Positions 51,815 to 63,425 of a DNA stretch of 64,000 nucleotides are shown piece by piece. Under the pieces are notes generated by a model that was not told the DNA's origin, made no database searches, and was given only the letters and a program-made list of their open reading frames with translations. A program made the translations under genes and the position numbers. Numbering within the stretch: the first letter of the stretch is position 1; each line of letters starts with the position of its first letter. Source of the DNA: an uncultured Thermoanaerobaculia bacterium (GTDB taxonomy: Bacteria > Acidobacteriota > Thermoanaerobaculia > Multivoradales > JAGPDF01); contig CAYZBH010000003.1 of assembly GCA_964476605.1 (NCBI GenBank), positions 36,849-100,848 on the forward strand, in the 5' to 3' direction.

Positions 51815-52575
51815 CCGCCCCCCTTCGTCCCCGGGCGCCCTCGAGGGGGTGCCGGAGGCGGACGATTCGGGTCCAGCGGCGACGGGGGGACTGGACCGAT
51901 CGCCTTGGGCGGCAGGCCCCCTCCCGCCTGGAAGTCGCCCGGCGTCGGGTAGCGAAACGGCCGGCCGAGCGTCATGGCGGAGAGGCGCGCGATGCCGTTG
52001 TCACCCGGACGCGCCCGGTACTTGAGCAGCAGGTCGACCTTGAACTCCCACTCGTCGTAGCGCGAGCGGTCGAAGAAGAGCTGCAGCCCTTCCTCGTCGC
52101 TGCGGCTCCGGACCCCGCGGATCGGACCGATCACGATCGGCTCGCCGGTCTCGGGGTCGATCTCGGCCGGATCTCCGGGCCCCCCGGAACCCGGCGGAGC
52201 CCCCGGCTGCGGTCCGGGGACCGGTTTGCCCGTGGTCGGATCGAGCGCCTGCGGGCGTCCTCCCGGCTGGCCGTCGAGGATCAACTTCCAGTTGCGCTCG
52301 CCGGTCATCGGATCGTCCCAGAGCTTGCGGATCGAGCGCGGCTCGACCTCCATCAGCTCGTCGAGCTTGACCGGCAGCCGTCCGAACCGCCGCTGGAAGA
52401 CCCGGATCGCCTCCGCATACTGCAGGCCGCGGGAGATGAGCTCTTCTTCCTTGTCGCGCCGCACCTGTGTGCTCCAGAGCGGCAGCGCGACCGCCACCAG
52501 GATGCTCATCACCGTGATGAGCATCACCACCGCCACCAGGTTGTATCCGGCTTCCGGGCTCCTACCAGGTCGCAT
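51811..52575 (-). CDS. Minor pseudopilin (GspK-like, lacks Glu5) with Pro-rich tail
   Basis: G/YNLVAVVMLITV prepilin-like N-terminus without E5, KEEELISRG.QY, RKLWDDPMTG. Confidence 0.75.
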   Translation of the reverse strand: MRPGRSPEAGYNLVAVVMLITVMSILVAVALPLWSTQVRRDKEEELISRGLQYAEAIRVFQRRFGRLPVKLDELMEVEPRSIRKLWDDPMTGERNWKLILDGQPGGRPQALDPTTGKPVPGPQPGAPPGSGGPGDPAEIDPETGEPIVIGPIRGVRSRSDEEGLQLFFDRSRYDEWEFKVDLLLKYRARPGDNGIARLSAMTLGRPFRYPTPGDFQAGGGLPPKAIGPVPPSPLDPNRPPPAPPRGRPGTKGGG

Positions 52576-53008
52576 AGGGCGTGCCGTCGAGCGCTACCGC
52601 CGGGGAGCCCGAGTGGACGTCGATGATCCCCGGCCCGCCACCTTCGGGTTGGTCGGTCTCGGCGGGCTCCGCCAGCGGGTCGGGTTCCTCGAAGACCAGC
52701 ACCCAGGTCGCGTCGCTCTTGGTGATCGGATCGTAGGGAATCTGACGGACGTACCCCTTCTCGACCAGCACCTCCAGCGTTTCCGGGTAGTGTCCCTGGT
52801 CCCCGTAGTACTGGTCGATCAGATCGCGCAGCGTCCGCAGGTTGGTTTTCAGGACGGACTCGTTCGCTCGCCGCGGCATGTCCTTGAGCGCTGGCATCGC
52901 GATCGTCGCCAGGATGCCGATGATCGCGACCACGATGATCAACTCGAGCAGCGTGAAGCCGGCGGCACCGCCGCGGCGTCGCGCGAGAAAGCGATGGAAG
53001 CTCGACAT
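52562..53008 (-). CDS. Pseudopilin (GspG-like)
   Basis: G/FTLLELIIVVAIIGILATIAMP, YPETLEVLVEKGY, IPYDPIT. Confidence 0.9.
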   Translation of the reverse strand: MSSFHRFLARRRGGAAGFTLLELIIVVAIIGILATIAMPALKDMPRRANESVLKTNLRTLRDLIDQYYGDQGHYPETLEVLVEKGYVRQIPYDPITKSDATWVLVFEEPDPLAEPAETDQPEGGGPGIIDVHSGSPAVALDGTPYATW

Positions 53009-53019
53009 CGCCGCCTCCT

Positions 53020-53475
53020 TCACCATTCCGCGTAGGGGACGTGATTCAGCCCCACGCCCTGGGACAGGGAGAAGACGTCGTAGACGTTCTCGCCCCCCCA
53101 GCTCGTCGAATCCGGCTCGTCCTGGTAGCTGCGCATGCCCCATTCGTCCTTGCCGGTCATGGGGTCGATCGGAATGCGCCGGAGAAACCGCACCTTCTTG
53201 TCGACCTGACCGACCACGTCGACCCCCTCGACCAGGAGATCGAGCTCCTTCGGGTAGCCGTCCGTTCCGAACTCGATCGGGATGAAGCCGGCGTCGCTGT
53301 AACGCTTGAACTCGTCGATCGCCGCCCGCATCTCGCGCAGATCCGCCCGCAGCTCCATTTCCTTCTGTCGCTTGCGCGTGTACTTCACGGTCGGGAAGGC
53401 CACGGCGGCGAGAATCGACAGCACGGCGCAGACCACGACCAGTTCGGTCAGCGTGTAGCCGGCGCGTCGGCTCAT
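53020..53475 (-). CDS. Pseudopilin (GspG-like)
   Basis: G/YTLTELVVV, LREMRAAIDEFK, FLRRIPIDPMTG, NVYDVFS. Confidence 0.9.
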   Translation of the reverse strand: MSRRAGYTLTELVVVCAVLSILAAVAFPTVKYTRKRQKEMELRADLREMRAAIDEFKRYSDAGFIPIEFGTDGYPKELDLLVEGVDVVGQVDKKVRFLRRIPIDPMTGKDEWGMRSYQDEPDSTSWGGENVYDVFSLSQGVGLNHVPYAEW

Positions 53476-55964
53476 CGGCTCCCTTCCGGTCGCGCCGGGG
53501 CGATCACGTCGCGGACCCGCGGCACCTCGGACTCGGGGGAGCGCACCTCGATGTCGGTCGGCACCGTGGCGACGCTCGCGATCTCCATCCGCTCGCGGTC
53601 CATCACGCGCCGCGCCGCGATCGCCACCGTCGATTCGCCCTCGGCGAGCGCGCGGAAGCGCACCCGCGCCAGCGCGCCGTGGCCGGCGACTCCCGCCGTG
53701 CCCGCGAAGCGGCTCGCGCCGAGCACGAGCTGGCCCGGCGTCGCGCCTCCGCCACTCACCTCGGCCACGTCGGCGCCCCCGAGGAAGTCCCCCGGAATGA
53801 CCTCCTCGACGGCGAGCAGCGACGGATCGTAGGCGAGAGTCATCGGGAGGTGCGCCACCGGCGTCGTCGTCGCCACCTCCACCTCGAGCTCGAACGTGTC
53901 GCCGGGCTTCACGGCGACCGACTGCGGCAGGAGGCGGAGCCGCACGCTCCCCTCGCCGGCGCTCGCCACGGGCGCCGCGGCGAGCACGTCGAGCGGCGTC
54001 GGCGACGAGGCGCCGAGCGACGAGCTCGACGGCGGCTCCTCGTCCGGGGGTTCCGGTTTCGCGGCCGGCGGGGTCGCGAAGGGATTCGACGGCGCCGAGC
54101 CGGGCGCGAGATTGAGACCGCTCGGCGCCTCGCCCTTGCTCTCGGTGCCCGGCCGCGCCTCCTGGCGCAGGCCGCGCGGCAGACGCTGGACCTGCTCGCG
54201 CAGCTTCTCCTCGGCGTCCGCCGCGGAGATCCCCTCGTCGAACGGTCCTTCGGTCTCCGACTCGACGCGCGGGCTGCCGCCGCGGAAGGTGATGTTGGCC
54301 TCGGTTCCCACCCAGATCGGCAGGAGGTCGGCCTCGGTGACGTCCGGCGTCCGGATGATGTGCGGCGTCAGGGTCAGCATGACGTCGCTCCGTTTCACGT
54401 TGGTCGACGTCTTGCCGAAGAGACGCCCCAGGATCGGGATCTCCGACAGCCCCGGGATGCCGCTCTCGCCATTCGTCTCGTCGGTGCGGATCAGTCCCGC
54501 CAGGAAGTTCGTCTCCCCGTCCTTCAACCGGATCGTCGATTCGATGGTCCTGGTTCCGATGATCGGCTGCCGCTGGCCGCCGCCGCCGTCCTGGTAGCCG
54601 GTGATCTGACTCACCTCGACCTGCAGCTTGAGCGTGACCTCCTTGTTGTGGTGGACGCGCGGCTCGATGTCGATCTTGATGCCCACGTCCTGATACTGGA
54701 AGGAAGTCACCGGAATGATCTGGCCGCCCGCCGTCTGCGCGGTGTTGAAGGAGGTGACCGGGATCGGCACGCGATCGCCGATGTGCACCTTCCCCTTCTC
54801 CCCCTCGCTGATCCGAAGCTGCGGCTTGGCGAGCAGCTGCGCGTCCGTGTTGGTCTTCACGAAGTCGTAGATGATGTTCGGGATGGTGAGCGCCCAGCTG
54901 TTCTGATTCAGGTACTTGAGATCGCTCAGCCGAACGGTCGCGTTCTCGCCGAGGTCGAGCGACTGGGTGACCTGGTTGGCCGAGAGGCTGACGCCGAGCT
55001 CACGCAGCTTCGTCGTGTCGACCTCGATGAGCTCCACGTCGACGATCACTTCCGATTTCGACTTGTCGATCCCCTCGATCATCTTCTGCGCCACCTTGAC
55101 CTTGTCGGCGGTGTCGCGGATGGTGACCGCGTTCAGCTGCTCGTTGGTGGCGATGTTCTTGGCGCCGATCAGACTGCGCAACAGCGTGAGGACGTCCTTC
55201 ACCTCGGCGTTGGACAGGAAGAAGGTCTGGATGACCAGGTCTTCGTAGTTCTTCCGATTCTGGGGGTTGTCGGCGGCGATGATGATCGAGCGCTCGTCGA
55301 TCACCTTGTAGAAATGTCCGGCCGCGCGCATCAGCGTCTCGAGCGCCGTCTGCGCCGTCACCTCGCGCAGCTCGATGGCGAGCTCCTGGTCCTTGAGGGC
55401 GGGATCGAAGAGCACGTTGATGCCGAACGCCTTGCCGAGCGCCCGATAGATGTCGAAGATCGAGACCGGCTTCGGGAAGTCGAGCGAGATCGGTTCCTTC
55501 GAGCGTGGATTGAGGACCGGCGGCTGGGCCGGCAGGTCCCGCGTCTTCTTCTTGAGCTCGTCCAAGGTCGCCACCGGGGCGTTGCGCTCGGTCTTCGCCA
55601 GCTCGTCCCGGACCTTGTCGAGCTCGACCTGGGCGTACTGGTTGGTCGGATCGAGCTGCACGGCCTGCTGGTATTCGACCAGCGAGCGCTCGAGCACACC
55701 GGCCGCGTAGAAGCGCTGACCGACCCGGAAGTGCTCTTGCGAGGCGCGAATGCGGGCACGCAGCAGCGACGACTTGAAGCGGACGTTGGACGGCTGTTGC
55801 TCGGTGAGGCTCAAGTAGCTCGACACCGCGGCGTCCCAGTCGCCACGCTCTTCGGCGAGCCGGGCGTCGCGGGCCGTCCGGTAGGACGTGCAGCCCGCGA
55901 GCGCCAGAGCGAGCGCCACCGCGAGCGTGGTCGCGGCGATCCTGTGCACCTCGCGCATTCCCAT
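53472..55964 (-). CDS. Secretin (GspD/PilQ family) with lipobox, N-terminal TPR and C-terminal cohesin-like domain
   Basis: LALAGC lipobox, TPR helices, N domains, LLAKPQLR, YQDVGIKIDIEP, LKDGETNFLAGLI, GLSEIPILGRLF, LTPHII, C-terminal beta-sandwich (LAYDPSLLAV..G.FL, LARVRFRA). Confidence 0.9.
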   Translation of the reverse strand: MGMREVHRIAATTLAVALALALAGCTSYRTARDARLAEERGDWDAAVSSYLSLTEQQPSNVRFKSSLLRARIRASQEHFRVGQRFYAAGVLERSLVEYQQAVQLDPTNQYAQVELDKVRDELAKTERNAPVATLDELKKKTRDLPAQPPVLNPRSKEPISLDFPKPVSIFDIYRALGKAFGINVLFDPALKDQELAIELREVTAQTALETLMRAAGHFYKVIDERSIIIAADNPQNRKNYEDLVIQTFFLSNAEVKDVLTLLRSLIGAKNIATNEQLNAVTIRDTADKVKVAQKMIEGIDKSKSEVIVDVELIEVDTTKLRELGVSLSANQVTQSLDLGENATVRLSDLKYLNQNSWALTIPNIIYDFVKTNTDAQLLAKPQLRISEGEKGKVHIGDRVPIPVTSFNTAQTAGGQIIPVTSFQYQDVGIKIDIEPRVHHNKEVTLKLQVEVSQITGYQDGGGGQRQPIIGTRTIESTIRLKDGETNFLAGLIRTDETNGESGIPGLSEIPILGRLFGKTSTNVKRSDVMLTLTPHIIRTPDVTEADLLPIWVGTEANITFRGGSPRVESETEGPFDEGISAADAEEKLREQVQRLPRGLRQEARPGTESKGEAPSGLNLAPGSAPSNPFATPPAAKPEPPDEEPPSSSSLGASSPTPLDVLAAAPVASAGEGSVRLRLLPQSVAVKPGDTFELEVEVATTTPVAHLPMTLAYDPSLLAVEEVIPGDFLGGADVAEVSGGGATPGQLVLGASRFAGTAGVAGHGALARVRFRALAEGESTVAIAARRVMDRERMEIASVATVPTDIEVRSPESEVPRVRDVIAPARPEGSR

Positions 55965-55977
55965 TCCTTTCACGACC

Positions 55978-56598
55978 TCAGCCCCCGATCGGCAGCCGTT
56001 TGGCCGGCTCCGCCGGAAAACCGACGAACTTGATGTCGACCGACTCGTAGCCGATCCGATCGACGATGAACTTCCCCTCCAGCACGTCGCCGGGACGGGC
56101 ATTGTAGAGATTCTCGCCGCTCTGGTCCGCGAAGACCGCGATCCTCCGGTTCTCGGCGCCGAAGCTGCCGAGGAAGACGAGGGTGAGCGGGGGAGGCTTC
56201 GGAATCGCCGCCAGGCGGCGCTCCTCCTCGAGTTGACGCAGTCGCTCCTCCTGCTCCCGCCGGCGCCGCTCGAGCTCGTCGGCCGACGGCGGCGGAGGCG
56301 GCGGGGGCGGCGGCAGCGGTCCGAAGCGGAATGGGTCGCGCCCCACCGTCAGGTCGCGCGGCGCGATCTCGAGCGCCTCCGTCTCGAGCCTCGAGACGGT
56401 CGTGGGCAGCTCGACGGCGCCTCGCCGGCGTTGACCGAAGCGCGTGGTAGGCGGCGCCGGCCGCGAGGCGGCCGCCGCCACGCCGGTGCGCGCCGGCAAA
56501 CGGTTCGCGGCCGCCATGAAGAGCCCCCGCACGAGCAGGATTCCCGCGAGCAGCGCGAGGATTCCGAGCAGGCGCCGTTCGCGCGGTTGCAGGTTCAC
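55978..56598 (-). CDS. Bitopic assembly protein (PilP/GspC-like position)
   Basis: N-terminal TM, GRDPFRF, poly-Pro, LVFLGSFG, GDVLEGKFIVDRIGYESV. Confidence 0.65.
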   Translation of the reverse strand: MNLQPRERRLLGILALLAGILLVRGLFMAAANRLPARTGVAAAASRPAPPTTRFGQRRRGAVELPTTVSRLETEALEIAPRDLTVGRDPFRFGPLPPPPPPPPPSADELERRRREQEERLRQLEEERRLAAIPKPPPLTLVFLGSFGAENRRIAVFADQSGENLYNARPGDVLEGKFIVDRIGYESVDIKFVGFPAEPAKRLPIGG

Positions 56599-57188
56599 TT
56601 GGCCCCCTCTTCGGCGCCGCTCGCCGGGTTCTCGTCCTCGGCGAAGAAGGTCGAGAGCCTGAGGCTCACGCCCAACCCGCGGCTCCCGCTCTGCTCGTCG
56701 ACGCGGATCTGATCGACGGTCACGTAGGAGGGGGAGAGCTCGAGCAGGTGGAGGAAGGCCCGCAGGTTGGCGTAGCTCCCCTGCACGCTGAAGACGAACG
56801 AGCGCCGGCGCAGGCCGAAGGCGTCGAGCTTCTCCTCCGGATAGCCGATCTCCCGCGGGTCGAGTCCGGCGTGCTCCGCCAGGCGCTTGATCTCGCGAAT
56901 GAGATCGGTCAAGCGGCTGCGCTCGGTCGAGAACTGATCGCCGTAGAGACGCGTGGTCGCGAGGCGCGTGGCGGACGCCGCCTCCGACAGCGCCTCGAGC
57001 CGCGCCAGCTTCGTCGTCGCCTCCTCCCGTTCCCGGGCGACCCGCTCGAGCCGCTGGTCGAGCTGCAGCATGCCCGCTCCGATGCCGCTCTCCAGGTAGA
57101 TCCAGAATCCCAGGGCGCACCCGAGCACGAGAGCGGGCGGCACCCAGAGCCAGCCACGACGCCGCCAGAGTCCGGTCGGACGGCCCAT
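56595..57188 (-). CDS. PilO/GspM-like protein
   Basis: TM, coiled coil, then FSVQGSYANLRAFLHLLE..YVTVDQI. Confidence 0.75.
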   Translation of the reverse strand: MGRPTGLWRRRGWLWVPPALVLGCALGFWIYLESGIGAGMLQLDQRLERVAREREEATTKLARLEALSEAASATRLATTRLYGDQFSTERSRLTDLIREIKRLAEHAGLDPREIGYPEEKLDAFGLRRRSFVFSVQGSYANLRAFLHLLELSPSYVTVDQIRVDEQSGSRGLGVSLRLSTFFAEDENPASGAEEGAK

Positions 57189-58297
57189 CAGTCGTCCCCC
57201 GCCGAGGAGGCGTACGGCTTGAGCGGTGTCGGAATGAGATTGTACGGATAAGCGAGCGGTTTGGGCGCCGCCGGAGCGCCGCTCGCTCCCGCGCGCGAAC
57301 GCACCGGAGTCTCCTCCGGGAGCGCCACGTCCGGTTCGCGATCCGGTAGTCCGGGCGATTCCGCGCGGGGCTCGCCGGACGCCGACCTGGAGAACGCGCG
57401 GCCGGGGCGCACCGGGCTCGGCGCGACGGGCCGCGCGGCCCGCGTGGCGTCGCTCGCGACCGCCGCGGGCTCGCCGGGTGCTGGCGCGACGGGCGACGGG
57501 GGCGTTCCAGAGAAGGCGCGCGGCTGCGGCGCGGCGCCCACGCCGGGCGAAGCCACCTCCGCGCCGCCCGGCTCCGCCGCGGCGCGATCTTCCTCCGCGG
57601 CGCTGGCGGCAGGGACGCTCCGCGCCGCGCTCCGCTCGGCTGGACTTTCCGCCTCCCCGTCCGCCGCCTCGCCCGGCGGCAGATAGTCGACGGAGAGGTC
57701 GAAGTCGATCAACAGGTCCTTCTTCTCCGACTCGCGGGCAAGGTTCGGCTGATCGAACTCGGGGTGCGCGAAGAGCCGGTCGACGAACTCGAGCAGGGCC
57801 TCGGTGTCCTCGGCCTGCCCGTCGAGGCGCAGTGAGACGCGCGTCACGGCGGCCGCGGGCGCGGCCGTCGCGCCGCGGCGGAGGCTCGCGGGAGTCTCTT
57901 TCGCGAAGGCCTGCGGCGTCAGGGTGCGCAGCCGGACGCCGCGCGGCAGCGTCTCCGTCAGCCGGTCGAGGAGTCGATTCCAGGAGAAGGCGCGCTCCGT
58001 CAGCCGCCGGTTGAGGAACTCCGTGCGCTGATTGAGCCCCGGCAGATCGGCGTGCTCGAGCTCGGTCTCGAGCGCGGTGGCGCGCTCGCGGGCGCTCGCC
58101 GTCTCGGTCGTGTAGCGGGCGAGATCCGACGCCTTCGTCCCGCTGTCGCGCTCGAGGACGTGGAAGCGCCAGGCGCCGATCGCCACCGCCACCAGCGCCA
58201 GAATCCAGAGCAGCGCCGCCAGGCGCTCGATCGGGCGCTGGTTCTCGAACGGGGCGCCCGCCAGGTTCGGGCCCTGCCAGGTGCGATCCCGTCTCAC
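57188..58297 (-). CDS. PilN/GspL-like protein with long low-complexity C-terminal extension
   Basis: NLAGAPFEN, TM, FSWNRLLDRLTETLPRGVRL, FVDRL.AHPEF, then about 140 aa rich in A/P/S/G/R. Confidence 0.75.
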   Translation of the reverse strand: MRRDRTWQGPNLAGAPFENQRPIERLAALLWILALVAVAIGAWRFHVLERDSGTKASDLARYTTETASARERATALETELEHADLPGLNQRTEFLNRRLTERAFSWNRLLDRLTETLPRGVRLRTLTPQAFAKETPASLRRGATAAPAAAVTRVSLRLDGQAEDTEALLEFVDRLFAHPEFDQPNLARESEKKDLLIDFDLSVDYLPPGEAADGEAESPAERSAARSVPAASAAEEDRAAAEPGGAEVASPGVGAAPQPRAFSGTPPSPVAPAPGEPAAVASDATRAARPVAPSPVRPGRAFSRSASGEPRAESPGLPDREPDVALPEETPVRSRAGASGAPAAPKPLAYPYNLIPTPLKPYASSAGDD

Positions 58298-59245
58298 GCG
58301 ACCTCCCGGCAGGCCGCACCGGCGAGTGGCGCGACCTCGAGGGCCCCCTCGCCGGCGATCTCACCCGCGAGCGGCAGCTGCTCGGCGCCGAGCCGCGCCA
58401 CGCGGCAGCCGAGGCCGTTACCGAGCACCTCGCGCCAGAAGGGCTCGACCTCCCGGGGCGCCGCCAGGTAGACCGCGCCCACCTCTCGCGCCCCGAACCG
58501 CTCGGCGACGAACGTTCGGGTCAACCGGAGCTCGGCGGTCATCAGACGCGCGCGGTCGGCATCGGCCAGCCCGGGCGTGAAGCTCTTCTGGCGCCAGACC
58601 ACCGGCTGCGCCCGGTCGGCGAGCGCCATCGCGAAGCCGTCGGCGTCGACCCGCGCCACACCCCAGAGCGAGCTCTCCGGCGCCCGGCGCGCCAGCGCGG
58701 CGAGCGTCGCGAGCGTCGAGCCGACGATCTGTCCGAGCCGGATGCCGCGCCGGCCGAAGGCTCCTTCGACGCCACCGAGGAGGGCCTCGCTCGCGAAGGC
58801 GACGAGCGCGCGTCCCGGCTCCTCGGGTCCCTCCGGCACCGCCACCGCCTCGACCTCGAAGCGCAGCTCCTCGATCCGGAACGGCAGCAGGCGGCGCAGA
58901 CGGAAACGCAGGACCTCTAGCCGCGCCTTGGGCTCGCGCGGCAGCTCGCCGATCTCGACCATCAGGTGCCGCGCCCAAGCGTCGGGCAACACCAGCGACG
59001 CCGCCTTGACCGGCACGGAAATCCGCTGTTGCAGGCGCTCGAGCGCCTCCTCGAGGGCGCCGCCGTCCGCGAGCGGAACGCCGAGCGGCCCCGCGCCGAA
59101 GAGCCCCTCCGGCAGGGGCACCGAGTGGAACTCCTGGAAGTCGAGGCTCTCCGCGCGCGCCTGGAACGCGCCATAGCGCAGCTCCTGGCGCTCCAGCGCG
59201 AAGACGTGCGGCGGCACCGGCCGGGCCGCGAGGCCCGCCAAGCGC

Positions 59246-60886
<1,641 letters not shown>

Positions 60887-60905
60887 GGCGAAGCTCCTTC
60901 CCGTC

Positions 60906-62123
60906 TCACTGCATCCTCCCCAGGGCGCTGAACATCGGCAGGTAGACCGAGATCAACAGCAACGCCACGATGGTTCCCATCACGATCAGCATCAAGGGCT
61001 CGACCAGCGAGAGAATGCGTTGCATCCGGACCTCGACCTCCTCGTCGAAGAAGTCCGAGACGTTCGAGAGCATGACATCGAGCGAACCGGTCGCCTCGCC
61101 GACCTTCACCATGTCGATCGCCAGGTCCGAGACCACTCCGGTCGACTCGAGCGCCTCGTGCAGCGAGCGCCCCTCGCGCACCTGTTGCAGGGTCGGCACC
61201 ACCTTGCTGCGGATGAAGCGATTGCCGATGGCGCGGATCGAGATCTCCATCGCCGGAACCAGCGGCAGCCCGCCCGCGAGCAGCGTCGAAAGCGAGCGGC
61301 AGAACTCCGAGAGCGAGAAGCGATGCAGCACGGGGCCCAGGAACGGCACCCGCAGCCGCAAGCGATCGATCACGAGCCCCCCCGCCTCGGTCCGGTTGAA
61401 GCGGCGCGCCAGGAGCCAGAGGACGATCACGCCCGCCGCGAGGAAGAAGCCGTTGTCCCGCAGGAAGAGCGAGGTGCCCACCGTGATGCGCGTGATGAGC
61501 GGCAGCTCTAGGTCCATGGCCTCGTAGAAGACCGTGAAGCGAGGCACCACGAAGATCGCCATCACGAAGAGCATGCCGATCGAGAGGGCGACCAGGACCG
61601 CGGGATAGACGAGTGCCGAGATGACCCGCTTGCGCGCCTCGATCACCAGCCGGAGGTAGCGGATGAAGCGGCGGATCACCTGCTCGAGCTCGCCCGTGCG
61701 TTCGCCCGCCTTGAGTGTCGCCGGATAGAGCGGCGGAAACATGTGGCCGAAGGCGGCGAAGGCGTCCGAGAGCTCCTCCCCGCTCTTGACGCGATCCCGC
61801 ACCTGCGCGAGGACGTCGCGGAACGTCGGGTCGCGCAACCGCTCGAGCATCAGGTTGATCGCCTGGAGGAGGGGCAGGCCGGCCTTGAGCAGGGCGGCGA
61901 GCTCCTGATTGAAGACGAGCAGCAGCTTGAGCGGCAGGCGGCGGTTGCGGCGCCAGGCGGCGGTGATCTCCCCCAGGGAGGAGAGCCCGAGCCGGCGCTC
62001 GAGCGAGAAGACGTGCAGCCCCTGGCGCACGAGCTCCTCCCGGAGCGCGCGCTCGCTCGCCGCGGCGCGGGTCTCGCGCACCACACGGCCGTCCGGGGTG
62101 CCGAGGTGGCAGACGAACTCCAT
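60906..62123 (-). CDS. GspF/PilC family inner-membrane platform protein
   Basis: FNQELAALLKAGLPL, AGERTGEL, LVYPA, GEATGSL, LVEP..L. Confidence 0.95.
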   Translation of the reverse strand: MEFVCHLGTPDGRVVRETRAAASERALREELVRQGLHVFSLERRLGLSSLGEITAAWRRNRRLPLKLLLVFNQELAALLKAGLPLLQAINLMLERLRDPTFRDVLAQVRDRVKSGEELSDAFAAFGHMFPPLYPATLKAGERTGELEQVIRRFIRYLRLVIEARKRVISALVYPAVLVALSIGMLFVMAIFVVPRFTVFYEAMDLELPLITRITVGTSLFLRDNGFFLAAGVIVLWLLARRFNRTEAGGLVIDRLRLRVPFLGPVLHRFSLSEFCRSLSTLLAGGLPLVPAMEISIRAIGNRFIRSKVVPTLQQVREGRSLHEALESTGVVSDLAIDMVKVGEATGSLDVMLSNVSDFFDEEVEVRMQRILSLVEPLMLIVMGTIVALLLISVYLPMFSALGRMQ

Positions 62124-62125
62124 CG

Positions 62126-62929
62126 CTAGTCGCCGACCTGCGTCGCGTCGCAGCGCAGGACGAGCATCAGGGCGCGGTCCGAGGACTCGTCCCGCGTCAG
62201 CCCGAGGATCAGCGGCTGGCCGAGGCTCAGATTGATCGCGGTCCGCAGAAGCGCGTTCTGGGAGCCGCCCGGCGCGAGCCGCAGCATGGTGAGGTCGCCC
62301 AAGCGAACCCGCCGCTCGTCCATCAGCGTGCCCACGCGAAAGGCCAGGCGGTAGCCGTTGCCGATGTCGTAGGTCACCAGCTCGCCCTCGCGGCTCGCGA
62401 TGGTGGCGCGGCCGATGAGAGCGTAGTGCTGGAAGCGCAGGAGCTGTCTCAGCTTCGCGAGCAGCTCCGGGTCGAGCGCGTCGCTCCGCGGCACCGGCGA
62501 GAGCGACGCGAGCTCGGCGTGCACGAGCTGCACGTCGAACCGCAGCCCCCTCGCGACGTGGTCGAAGCCGCGCACCGCGAGCGTGACGCGGCTCAACGCC
62601 GGCAGCGTGTCGCGGACCGCGAGCGTGTTCGCCGCCTCGTCCAGCTCGACGACGCCGCGCGAGGAGAGCAGCGGCCGGACGACCGCGAGCGCGTCGGCGG
62701 CGCGCTGGTGCTGGAGCGTGAAGACGTGAAGGCGGACGTTGCCCTCTGGCGCGCGCGGCGGCTCGGCGTCCGGGCGCGCCACCGGTCCGACCGACGGCGG
62801 CGGCGACGCGCTGCCGGTCTGCGCGCGGGCGTCTGCCCCAGCGAGGAGCGCCGCCAGCAGGACGAGGGCGAGAGGGCGGAGCGCGCGCCTCACGGCGTCG
62901 CAGGCCTTGCTTCGGGAGCGCTCAGACAT
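62126..62929 (-). CDS. Exported protein with a stand-alone secretin N-domain-like region
   Basis: Signal peptide. VFTLQHQRAADALAVVRPLLSSRGVVELDEAANTLAVRD resembles secretin N (NolW-like) repeats. Confidence 0.65.
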   Translation of the reverse strand: MSERSRSKACDAVRRALRPLALVLLAALLAGADARAQTGSASPPPSVGPVARPDAEPPRAPEGNVRLHVFTLQHQRAADALAVVRPLLSSRGVVELDEAANTLAVRDTLPALSRVTLAVRGFDHVARGLRFDVQLVHAELASLSPVPRSDALDPELLAKLRQLLRFQHYALIGRATIASREGELVTYDIGNGYRLAFRVGTLMDERRVRLGDLTMLRLAPGGSQNALLRTAINLSLGQPLILGLTRDESSDRALMLVLRCDATQVGD

Positions 62930-63425
62930 CGAGGCTCGCGTCGACGATCATCACGAGCGCGAGGTCGCTCTGGGGGAGCTCGTAGACCCTCGCCTGCGGC
63001 CGGTCGAGATCCTCGAGGATCGCCGCCGGCGGAGCGTCGGCGAGACGGTCCACCCCCGCGACCTGCGCTGCCGGCGCCCACGCACGGTCGGGTGAAGGGC
63101 CGCCGGTGAGCCCGAGGAGAGCGAAGACTCCGAGACCCGCCGCGAGGCGGCCAAGGGCCGGCCCGGAGGGCAGGCGACGCCGCCGTTCCAGGCGCTCCGC
63201 CCGCACCAGCGCGGTCACCGAGGCGAGCATTTCTTCCTCGCGCCCCGCGGGCGGCGCCGCCGCGCCGAGGGGAGCGAAGACGAGGAGCGGATCGGCGGCG
63301 ATCGCGGCCCGCCGGCAGGCGGCGCACTCGTCCAGGTGGCGTCGCGCGGCCTCCCACCCGTCGGGATCGCGGCCAGGTTCCCGCTCGCGCTGCGAGACGA
63401 GGAGACGCCAGTCGGGACAGCTCAT
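62922..63425 (-). CDS. Zn-finger anti-sigma factor-like protein
   Basis: MSCPDW, HLDECAAC (HxxxCxxC), TM helix, short C-terminal domain. Coupled to the ECF gene. Confidence 0.75.
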   Translation of the reverse strand: MSCPDWRLLVSQREREPGRDPDGWEAARRHLDECAACRRAAIAADPLLVFAPLGAAAPPAGREEEMLASVTALVRAERLERRRRLPSGPALGRLAAGLGVFALLGLTGGPSPDRAWAPAAQVAGVDRLADAPPAAILEDLDRPQARVYELPQSDLALVMIVDASLDV

